From positions 1-64,000 of IMG/VR virus record IMGVR_UViG_3300032299_001001: DNA of 64,000 nucleotides; one strand, 5' to 3'. The position numbers and the translations under genes are program-made. The stretch comes from an uncultured virus (IMG/VR IMGVR_UViG_3300032299_001001). Its lineage: Duplodnaviria > Heunggongvirae > Uroviricota > Caudoviricetes. The first letter of the stretch is position 1, and the number at the start of each line of letters is the position of its first letter. Shown here piece by piece: positions 17,979 to 25,457 of this stretch. The notes beneath the pieces are model-generated. The model was given only the letters and a program-made list of their open reading frames with translations, ran no database searches and had not been told where the DNA came from.

Positions 17979-18407
17979 ATGAAAAAGAACCTCATCAAAT
18001 TCAACATCGGCGACCGGGTGCGTTGCATTACCCGGCCGAGTAAAAACATCCTTGGGGAGCGTCACGAATATGGTGTCGTCGTCCCTTACCGGGGCGAGCA
18101 TAACCCGAAGTCGCCTCGGATTCGCTGGAACACTGGGTGGGGCTTCAATGTCCCGGCGGACGAGATTGTCCGGATTACCCCGGAAGAGGAGACATTGTTT
18201 CCCGAAATACAATTAGCCGACATCGATCGGGCGGTGGCTTCACCACGTATAACTAAACCAATACGTAACACCGTCACAACCACCCATTACATCATCAGTG
18301 ACAAAGAGGGGATCTGGCTAACCACAACACCGGCACCGAGCGACGAGATCCTTTTTACCACTACCGATAAAACCGAGGCCGAGTATGCCCTTTGCCGGTA
18401 TCTCTGA
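17979..18407 (+). CDS. Hypothetical protein with an SH3/KOW-like N-terminus
   Basis: FNIGDRVR...GVVV; fills the gap between repeats 9 and 10. Confidence 0.55.
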   Translation: MKKNLIKFNIGDRVRCITRPSKNILGERHEYGVVVPYRGEHNPKSPRIRWNTGWGFNVPADEIVRITPEEETLFPEIQLADIDRAVASPRITKPIRNTVTTTHYIISDKEGIWLTTTPAPSDEILFTTTDKTEAEYALCRYL

Positions 18408-18435
18408 CTAAGTGCTGGCCTCTTAGAAGTGAACC

Positions 18436-18615
18436 ATGAAAACCAACCTAATCTTCGACACCGCCGCGCAATTCAATGCGACCCATGACTACGACATCGA
18501 CGCAGCACTGCACCTGACATCGGTCGTCCTGCGTCACGCTCACCTCGTTCAGCTTGCCCGGAAAGAGCAAGCCGACCCGCAACTCACCCTCCCCATCGAA
18601 ATTGATGGCGAGTAA
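18436..18615 (+). CDS. Hypothetical protein (59 aa, not in the ORF track)
   Basis: Manual translation MKTNLIFDTAAQF...PQLTLPIEIDGE*; ATG just after repeat 10. Confidence 0.55.
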   Translation: MKTNLIFDTAAQFNATHDYDIDAALHLTSVVLRHAHLVQLARKEQADPQLTLPIEIDGE

Positions 18616-18644
18616 TAACACCACAAAAAGAAACCATAAATACC

Positions 18645-19325
18645 ATGAGCAAGAGAACCATCGAAATCGAAGACACCCTGCAAGAGCGCGTCGACAGTGC
18701 GATCGAGGACGTGAAAACCGAACTCATTAGCTACTGCGACGAAAACGAACCGGACAAGCTGCCCGATCTCGGCAACGACCTCGACTACTCGGGGACGATT
18801 CACGAGATCGTCGACGGCTCGGTGCCGATTTACAACAACGAGATCCGGGACATATTCTACCTCCACGGATCAGAAGTAGAGGAGGCGTTCGACAACGCCG
18901 GCTTCGACAGTAAAGACGACAAAGACTGGCCGCTCGGGTGGAAACCCGCCGCGATTTACAGCTACATCCAAGAGCAAGTCCACGAATGGTATAACGACCA
19001 TGCCGAGGATGTTTTCGAGGAGTGGCAGGAGAAGCACCGGGCGAAGAAGCTCGCCGGAATCGAAATCTTCGAGGTCACGGCCGGTGACTTCCTCAAGGCC
19101 GAGGCCGGGACTTGGCAAGCCGATCGGGTGGCCGAGGAGTTGAAGCGGCTCACCGCGGAACGCGACTACGATCAGGCATGGATCGACGATATGACCGAGC
19201 AGATCGCGAAAGCATACGCCGGTTTCTACTGGTGGTCCTGCCAACCGGGATGCCTCCCGGACGGCGAGGCCAATGGCCCCTTCGAGACCCGTGAAGAGGC
19301 CGAAGAGGATGTGCTGGCCTCTTAG
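18645..19325 (+). CDS. Ocr (T7 gp0.3)-like DNA-mimic antirestriction protein with an extra C-terminal domain
   Basis: Highly acidic; IHEIVDGSVPIYNNEI..IF resembles T7 Ocr IHMAADNAVPHYYADIF as recalled; ends inside repeat 11. Confidence 0.65.
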   Translation: MSKRTIEIEDTLQERVDSAIEDVKTELISYCDENEPDKLPDLGNDLDYSGTIHEIVDGSVPIYNNEIRDIFYLHGSEVEEAFDNAGFDSKDDKDWPLGWKPAAIYSYIQEQVHEWYNDHAEDVFEEWQEKHRAKKLAGIEIFEVTAGDFLKAEAGTWQADRVAEELKRLTAERDYDQAWIDDMTEQIAKAYAGFYWWSCQPGCLPDGEANGPFETREEAEEDVLAS

Positions 19326-19386
19326 GCATGACGCACTGAAGCGTTGAACCCTGAACCATGAACCAAGTAGAAAGGACCCAAAACCA

Positions 19387-19617
19387 ATGAAAAAATTCAA
19401 ATACTACAAAGTGTCCACGACTGACGGCAACGGTCACCAAGGATACACTTACACGACAAGCAAGGCCGAAGCGGAGCGAGCGAAGCAAACCTTTTTCGAT
19501 ATGAGCGAAGGCGACAGTTTCGCAGACGCAGATATCTTCGAAATCGAAGTCGAGCCCACCAAGCGCGGCATCCTCAATGCCTTGCTAGTCCACGCCAGCC
19601 ACCCCGACAACGGATGA
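19387..19617 (+). CDS. Hypothetical protein
   Basis: ORF with A-rich leader. Confidence 0.6.
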   Translation: MKKFKYYKVSTTDGNGHQGYTYTTSKAEAERAKQTFFDMSEGDSFADADIFEIEVEPTKRGILNALLVHASHPDNG

Positions 19618-19666
19618 TCCAAACATTCGTTTGAACGAGTAATAACTCCGCACTGTCGTATTAACC

Positions 19667-20107
19667 ATGAGCAAACCCGAGACGCGGACCCAAACGCGAG
19701 TCGAAGTCACAAAGGACGGTATGCGCTTCCGTCCGCGTCTCGTCACCCATAACCAAAGAAAGAAAGAACCAAACACCATGAACTATAGAGAATTCGATCC
19801 CAATAATGCTTGCCTCCCTACCGAGGCTTACCACTATCTGGCCTTGGCCTTGGCCGAGCAGGACAAACCCGCAACCCGCTGGCCCCGCCGCTTTTGGCAT
19901 TGGCTTATCGGGGCTACCCCGCTCATCGTCGCGGCGGCTTTCCTGCCCTTGGCTGACCCGCCAGCGGATCACCTCATCCCTCTGGCCCATCGGGTCAGCG
20001 CCGAGAGTAAGATCCACAGCCTTGTCTGGGTGCAGCCGCTCCCCGGCAAGAGACTGCCGGCACCTCCGACCCTGCCGTCCATTAACGAAAACCCGTATAG
20101 CTTCTAA
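19667..20107 (+). CDS. Hypothetical membrane protein (alternative start 19778)
   Basis: Hydrophobic segment WLIGATPLIVAAAFLPL; GTAATAAC upstream. Confidence 0.5.
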   Translation: MSKPETRTQTRVEVTKDGMRFRPRLVTHNQRKKEPNTMNYREFDPNNACLPTEAYHYLALALAEQDKPATRWPRRFWHWLIGATPLIVAAAFLPLADPPADHLIPLAHRVSAESKIHSLVWVQPLPGKRLPAPPTLPSINENPYSF

Positions 20108-20109
20108 CC

Positions 20110-20352
20110 ATGACCCTTCCTGAAAAACCCACTACCGACACCTTTGTCCGCGACCAGATCCGGACCCGGGTCTCCCAGTTCATCAACAAAGCCGCCTGCA
20201 AACAATATCTCATGGATTATGCCGACCAGACCCGGCACCACAAATTCAGCCGGGTCGACTCGGAGATCTTCGATGAGCTTAATGCCGTCCTGCGTAAGCA
20301 CATGCGGACAATCATCAGCCGCAACCCCTCCTTTGGTAAGACCCTCCGATGA
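20110..20352 (+). CDS. Hypothetical protein
   Basis: INKAACKQYL...FSRV...NPSFGKTL. Confidence 0.6.
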   Translation: MTLPEKPTTDTFVRDQIRTRVSQFINKAACKQYLMDYADQTRHHKFSRVDSEIFDELNAVLRKHMRTIISRNPSFGKTLR

Positions 20353-20394
20353 TACTCCACTTGCCTTGGTTTAATAACGCCATACATTGCTCCT

Positions 20395-20772
20395 ATGCAA
20401 GTGACGGTAACCGAGCGGACCTTCGGTCTGAAGGTCAGGGTCAAAGTCGGGGGCGATGCGCTCTCGGCTTGGCGCTCGGCGACCAAGTTCACCGACACCT
20501 TATCTACTGACGGGGATGACGACGAATCCGATGCGGGTTGGGCGCTATCCAACGCAAACCGGGCTTTCGTCTGGCTCAAGTCCTGGCCCGAGTCGCGGAG
20601 AAAAGGGAACAGCAAGACCCTGACCCATGAGTGCGTCCATGTCGCCATGAGCTTCCTCCGTGACCATGTCCGCGAGGACATCCGCAAAGCCGAAGAGACC
20701 TGCTGCTATCTGGTGCAGCACTTGGTCGATGAGATCGAACACAAGCTCAACAACCGGAAGAAATCCCGATGA
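20395..20772 (+). CDS. Small zincin-like (HExxH) protein
   Basis: LTHECVH...EETCCYL. Confidence 0.6.
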   Translation: MQVTVTERTFGLKVRVKVGGDALSAWRSATKFTDTLSTDGDDDESDAGWALSNANRAFVWLKSWPESRRKGNSKTLTHECVHVAMSFLRDHVREDIRKAEETCCYLVQHLVDEIEHKLNNRKKSR

Positions 20773-21077
20773 ACAAAGAAAAACTCTGGGCTATTTTCCT
20801 GCACAATAATCCCCGGCTCGCTACCGAACCGGAAATGAACCCGGAGGCGCTGCGCCGGTTCTTCGACCTGACATGGAATGCCGCCTACGAGGCCGGGGCC
20901 GAGGATATGGCCGAGCGGGAGTGCGAGATCGATGGCGGGGCTCCGGAACAAGCGCAAGCGAAAGCCGATGAAACGGTTGCCGACGCGATCGCCGAAGCGT
21001 TGGCTGCATTCCTCGGGCCGGCCGTCGAGACCAAGAAGATCTATGTTAAAAAAGCGAACAAGAAGAAAGCTGACTAA
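20769..21077 (+). CDS. Hypothetical protein
   Basis: ATGA-coupled ORF. Confidence 0.55.
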   Translation: MNKEKLWAIFLHNNPRLATEPEMNPEALRRFFDLTWNAAYEAGAEDMAERECEIDGGAPEQAQAKADETVADAIAEALAAFLGPAVETKKIYVKKANKKKAD

Positions 21078-21346
21078 AGAGGAGAGCGACGGCGCACAAG
21101 CGTGGAAGAATCGCTTCGTGGAAAGCTACGACCGCGAACTCTCGATCGTCGACAACCTCCGGGTCGCCGTCGGTCTGATCGACCTTTTCAACTACGGCGA
21201 TGCCAAGTCGATGGTGCAGTCAGTCATCGACCGCCACGACCAAGAGACCAAGGAGTTATTGGCATGATGGAGCCCCGCGACATCACGCTGGTTCTGCTCG
21301 TCGCATGGGCCGCTTTTGCCACGGTCATTTTCTTTCGGTATTTTCT

Positions 21347-21529
21347 ATGAAACGTAAAAGCAAAAGCACAGTCAACGCGGCCGGCAATTACACCAAGCCG
21401 ACGATGAGGAAGCGCCTATTTCAGAAGATCAAATCCGGAAGCAAGGGCGGAGACTCAGGCGAGTGGAGCGCCCGCAAGGCGCAGATGCTCGCCAAACAAT
21501 ACAAAGCCAAAGGCGGAGGCTACCGATGA
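21347..21529 (+). CDS. Small basic protein (DUF5872-like, first part)
   Basis: NYTKP..RKRLF..IK.G.KGG..GEWSARKAQMLAKQYKAKGGGY. Confidence 0.7.
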   Translation: MKRKSKSTVNAAGNYTKPTMRKRLFQKIKSGSKGGDSGEWSARKAQMLAKQYKAKGGGYR

Positions 21530-21756
21530 AGAAGTCGCAGCTTTCGCTCAAGAACTGGACCGCTCAAAAGTGGCGGACTTCGGACGGCTCACCCTCCAAA
21601 GGCAAGAAACGCTATCTGCCCGACGCCGCGTGGAAGTCGCTCTCGGCTGGTGAGAAAGCGGCCACCAACCGTGCCAAGGCCAAAGGCAACCGTGCTGGGA
21701 AACAGTTCGTCAGACAACCCAAGAAGATCGCCCAAAAGACGGCGCAATACAGATAA
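21526..21756 (+). CDS. Small basic protein (DUF5872-like, second part)
   Basis: SLKNWTAQKWRT...RYLP..AW..LS..EKAATNRAK...KQFV.QP. Confidence 0.7.
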   Translation: MKKSQLSLKNWTAQKWRTSDGSPSKGKKRYLPDAAWKSLSAGEKAATNRAKAKGNRAGKQFVRQPKKIAQKTAQYR

Positions 21757-21760
21757 GACT

Positions 21761-22027
21761 ATGGCTACATACAAAGGTAAGACGGTAACGCTGTATAAGC
21801 CCCGCAAAATGGCTGGCATCACTCCGGCCGCGAAGAAGAAGTCGGTCTTCGTGCCGGGCAAGAAGGCTGGCACCGCGAAGGTCGTCCACTTCGGGGACTC
21901 CTCGATGTCGGACTTCACCAAGCACAAGAATCCGAAACGCCGCGCTAGTTTTCGTGCGCGTCACAAGTGTGACACCGCCACGGATAAGACAACCGCTCGA
22001 TACTATTCGTGTAAATACCTTTGGTGA
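21761..22027 (+). CDS. Conserved basic viral protein
   Basis: VHFGD..M...NPKRRASFRARHKC...ARYYSCK. Confidence 0.7.
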   Translation: MATYKGKTVTLYKPRKMAGITPAAKKKSVFVPGKKAGTAKVVHFGDSSMSDFTKHKNPKRRASFRARHKCDTATDKTTARYYSCKYLW

Positions 22028-22536
22028 TGAAACCTAAGAAGAGCCGCCAATACGTTTCGGTTTCTTGTCCCGACTGCGGACACCGCCGGCCGATGCGGTC
22101 TGACCAGTATGCGAGGACAGTAAAAGCGGATCGCCCTTTTTATTGCTTACCGTGCAGCCAAAACCACAAGGTATACCAAGACACGGCCCGCAAAGTATTT
22201 GATTTCGACAAGCTCGACTGGTCCAACAACAAGCGTAACCCGTGGAATCCCCTTTACTCTCGGTGGCAAAAGGTTCACCGGAGGTGCGCCCCAGATTCTT
22301 ATCATGCTACGTGGTATTACAACACTGGCATTTACGTAGATTCGGTGTGGGCCGAATATGAGCCTTTTCGTAAATGGGCTTTGAAGCACGGATTCAAACC
22401 CGAGTTGGAATTAGATCGCATTGATCCATACGGCCCATACTCACCGAAGAATTGCCGATGGGTAACCCACGCGGTCAACTGCAACAACAAGCGCCCTCGC
22501 GGTTTCGCCGCGAGTCTCAAGAAGAAAGCCGCGTGA
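22027..22536 (+). CDS. HNH-like homing endonuclease with a Zn ribbon
   Basis: CPDC, LYSRW...RC, LELDRID...YSPKNCRWV...NNKR. Confidence 0.75.
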   Translation: MKPKKSRQYVSVSCPDCGHRRPMRSDQYARTVKADRPFYCLPCSQNHKVYQDTARKVFDFDKLDWSNNKRNPWNPLYSRWQKVHRRCAPDSYHATWYYNTGIYVDSVWAEYEPFRKWALKHGFKPELELDRIDPYGPYSPKNCRWVTHAVNCNNKRPRGFAASLKKKAA

Positions 22537-22796
22537 CTGTGAGTAATAACACCGCAACCGAATATCCCCGGCTGCACCAGATCGGGTGCAACGTGAAGCG
22601 TGAACCGATGGACCATGTTCCGTGGACCGAGTTGGATGCCGCGATCAACGATGCAGGCTTGGACCGTGAACGGTTCAGCGAATTGTTTGGGGTCCAGACG
22701 TGCTACGCCCGCGGCCCCTACCCTTGGGACGTGGAAGCCGTGCTTGTACGGATGATGTCCGGACAACTCACCGGCACGCAGAAGTATCGGGATTAG

Positions 22797-23036
22797 ATGA
22801 TCCACGAGTTCAAAGCACCGATTTCAGTCCACACTCCGCTCGGCCAGGGTGATGCTTTTCTGTTTGTGGACTATGGAATTGTTTCGGCCGGCACTGGGGT
22901 AAACTCCGTCTGGGTAGTGCGCCTTCACCATACTGGCATAGTTAAGCACTTCTTCTCCGAGGATATCCGTATCTACGGCAATCCGATGGACGGGCGAGAG
23001 TGGGATGTCGAGATACCGGAGGATTGGGTGCAATGA
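22797..23036 (+). CDS. Hypothetical protein
   Basis: TPLGQG.A...DYG...NSVWVV. Confidence 0.6.
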   Translation: MIHEFKAPISVHTPLGQGDAFLFVDYGIVSAGTGVNSVWVVRLHHTGIVKHFFSEDIRIYGNPMDGREWDVEIPEDWVQ

Positions 23037-23293
23037 TTGACCTGAAGAAAAAGATCGAAGACTTGATCGGCGACGACGAAACCGTGCTCCTCGCCGATGG
23101 GTTCGAGGATGCCTTCGTCGGGATTGGCCGTCAGTTCGGCCGGCCGATGGCGGTCTATGACCGGGCGAAGTGCATTCAGATTTTGATGCGCGACGAGATG
23201 GATCACGAAGTCGCCGAAGAGTATTTCCAATTCAACGTCGAAGGCGCTTGGGTCGGCGAACAGACTCCAATCTTTTTGGAGGTAAACGAATGA
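23033..23293 (+). CDS. Conserved phage protein (DGFEDAFVG family)
   Basis: ADGFEDAFVG...VYDRAKC...EYFQFNVEGAWVGEQTPIF. Confidence 0.7.
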   Translation: MIDLKKKIEDLIGDDETVLLADGFEDAFVGIGRQFGRPMAVYDRAKCIQILMRDEMDHEVAEEYFQFNVEGAWVGEQTPIFLEVNE

Positions 23294-24480
23294 TTCCCTT
23301 TGTCCATGTCTGTAAACGCGATGAAGGATTTTTCGCGAAGTGGCTGCGTCATGCTCGCGGCCTTGGTCAGTTCCCCGAGATGGTCGTCTGGGCCGAGCCC
23401 GGCGTGAAGGTCGACCACAAGATCGACCGCGTCTTTGTATCGCCCTACGGATATCCCGAGGTCTGCACCCACATGTGGCATGAAGCGTGCACCATGTTGC
23501 GTGAACCCGTGCTCTACTTGGAGACGGACGCCTGGCCCTGTGCCCCGAACTGGTATGAGGTCTTGGCCGCGGACTACGCACAGCGCGAAAACCCTGCGGC
23601 CTTGGTCACTGCATCCTGTCACCCGCCACACGATACGGTCGGCGGGATCGGGATCTACGATGCAAAGAAGCTCCCGCTGCCCAAGACCTACAACGAGTTC
23701 CGCACTTGGGTCCGTGAAGGCGCTGCCTTCGACGAATGGATCGGAACCCTCGGACCGGAGTATGTCTCGAAGACTCCACTCATCCGGCACAGTTACGGCA
23801 TCTACCAAGGGGCCGACCTGATCGGCTACCACGCCTTTGGATCACGGGCGCACTTCGAGAAGATGTGCCGTGGCGCGGCTATCTTCCACAAGGATGCCTA
23901 TGGCACGGTGTCGAAGTGGGTCGGGCCGGATTCACAGCCTGCTCCCCTGCCCTGCGAGGGCGCGACCCCGCCGGACATGAGTGAAACGAGCAAACACCGC
24001 GACTGGTTTTTGCCTTACACGCAGGGTCACGGGATGGATGTCGGCTTCGGCGGCGATGCCCTGACTCCAACGTGTATCACCTTCGACATGCCCCAGCCCT
24101 ACACCTCGGTCGGGACATCAGCCCAACACCTAGGCGGTGACGCCCGCAAGATTCCGCTTAAAGCCGACACTCTCGACTGGCTCTACAACTCGCACTTGAT
24201 CGAGGACTTCACCTACGGCGAACAGATCGCGCTCGTGCTTGAATGGATGCGAGTGCTCAAGCCTGGTGGACGTTTGCTTATCCTAGCCCCCGACCAACAG
24301 CGGTTCTTGGCCCACTGCGCGGCGACGGGTCAGTCGATCAACGACAACCACAAAGAGGCCGACTACTCACTCAAGACTTTCAAAAAGAAAGTGCTCAAGA
24401 CCGGCAACATCCGCGCCCGTGTCGTGGCTGAAGAAGACTTCGCCGACTACTCGTGGGGCGTTGTCTTGGAAAAATTATGA
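23290..24480 (+). CDS. Glycosyltransferase-like domain fused to a class I SAM methyltransferase
   Basis: N-terminal YLETD (DxD-like); C-terminal MDVGFGG, SHLIED, EWMRVLKPGG. Confidence 0.7.
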   Translation: MIPFVHVCKRDEGFFAKWLRHARGLGQFPEMVVWAEPGVKVDHKIDRVFVSPYGYPEVCTHMWHEACTMLREPVLYLETDAWPCAPNWYEVLAADYAQRENPAALVTASCHPPHDTVGGIGIYDAKKLPLPKTYNEFRTWVREGAAFDEWIGTLGPEYVSKTPLIRHSYGIYQGADLIGYHAFGSRAHFEKMCRGAAIFHKDAYGTVSKWVGPDSQPAPLPCEGATPPDMSETSKHRDWFLPYTQGHGMDVGFGGDALTPTCITFDMPQPYTSVGTSAQHLGGDARKIPLKADTLDWLYNSHLIEDFTYGEQIALVLEWMRVLKPGGRLLILAPDQQRFLAHCAATGQSINDNHKEADYSLKTFKKKVLKTGNIRARVVAEEDFADYSWGVVLEKL

Positions 24481-24785
24481 CTGAAGAAAACACACAATCA
24501 ATCGATGCCCCCATCCACAGCCACAGCCTGAAAGCCGTGGCGACTTACCTCGGTAAGAAGATCGAAGAGACTAAAAACGAAGGCATGTCCGAGGGCGATG
24601 CCCTCCTACAGCAGGTCTTTTTCCAGCAGACGCTTCTTCTTAATGCGATCAATTCCTCGATCAGCCTGTCCAACCAGGTTAATCGCGCTCTCCAGCGGGA
24701 GGTCGCGAAGATGAAGGGGGAAGAGCTTCCGGAGGAGCCCCTGCAAGAGGAGTCGAAACTTATTGTGCCAGACCGATTCCGGTGA
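24477..24785 (+). CDS. Hypothetical protein
   Basis: ATGA-coupled ORF. Confidence 0.55.
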   Translation: MTEENTQSIDAPIHSHSLKAVATYLGKKIEETKNEGMSEGDALLQQVFFQQTLLLNAINSSISLSNQVNRALQREVAKMKGEELPEEPLQEESKLIVPDRFR

Positions 24786-24802
24786 TTTCATCGGGGTAGT
24801 CT

Positions 24803-24874
24803 GCTCTCGTCGTCTAACGGTTAGGACACAGCCCTCTCAAGGCTGCGATACGGGTTCGATTCCCGTCGGGAGTG
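24803..24874 (+). tRNA. tRNA-Glu (anticodon CTC), CCA not encoded
   Basis: Acceptor GCTCTCG/CGGGAGT; anticodon arm CAGCC-CTCTCAA-GGCTG; T arm ACGGG-TTCGATT-CCCGT. Confidence 0.9.
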
Positions 24875-25457
24875 GTTTCTCATTGAGCCAGCACCAGGAT
24901 GGGAAGGTGTAGCCTTGGCTGACCTCTTGAGCGACATCCTGCGGCAACCAGATTTTCGCTTTGATCGCGCAGCCACAGACCCCGCATTGGTTGAGCCGTG
25001 AAGCATAAGCCGTGGTCCGTGCACCGATCAGGTTGAAGAGCCATTCGGCCAACCCCTTGCACCGCCAGCACCCCTTGACCATTGTGTTCAGGGGACATGA
25101 GGCACAGAGCGCGGCCCGGCGTTCGGCTTCGGGTTGATCAACAAGTCCCCTGCCCCTAAGTGCGGAGACCGCGGCTTGGATGAAACGCTTAACGTCCTCC
25201 ATCGTGAAGTGGGTCTTGAGTGCGTAGTCACCCTCGATGACGTGGCTGCAACTCTCACTGCCGATCGGAAGCTGGGCACAGACAAAGTCTTGGATGTCGG
25301 CCGAAGGATCACCCGCCGCAAGACTATTGGACTTACGATGGGTCGCCACCTTCTTGACCAGTTCGCGCAAGGTCGAAGCGGCAAACTCGAAGCCCGTCTC
25401 CGGTTGAACATAACGCCAACCGCCGGGCGGGGTCACTCTGGTATCGGTTACTATCAT
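24837..25457 (-). CDS. Cys-rich conserved phage protein
   Basis: PPGGW, CASCP, CWRC, CGVCGC..KAK, CW. Confidence 0.7.
   Translation of the reverse strand: MIVTDTRVTPPGGWRYVQPETGFEFAASTLRELVKKVATHRKSNSLAAGDPSADIQDFVCAQLPIGSESCSHVIEGDYALKTHFTMEDVKRFIQAAVSALRGRGLVDQPEAERRAALCASCPLNTMVKGCWRCKGLAEWLFNLIGARTTAYASRLNQCGVCGCAIKAKIWLPQDVAQEVSQGYTFPSWCWLNEKPLPTGIEPVSQP

Larger units (their letters stand above)
13451..19325 (+). repeat. Eleven co-oriented direct repeats (G)TGCTGGCCTCTTA(A/G) delimiting blocks of genes
   Basis: Copies start at 13451 (variant GTGCTGGCCGCTTG), 13714, 13909, 14321, 15065, 15651, 16366, 17175, 17953, 18412 and 19311; four extend with TTACGAAC and one with ATACGAAC. Confidence 0.95.

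Noticed and set aside
13451..19325. CRISPR array interpretation of the direct repeats
   Set aside because: Intervals are ~195-900 bp, irregular and contain whole genes; there is no cas operon, and the Cas4-like domain belongs to a common phage replication nuclease family.
13451..19325. Classical integron
   Set aside because: No attC-type palindromes or GTTRRRY cores at the boundaries, and no tyrosine recombinase in the window.
24803..24874. tRNA as a prophage attachment site
   Set aside because: No integrase, no duplicated tRNA 3' end and no host genes on either side.
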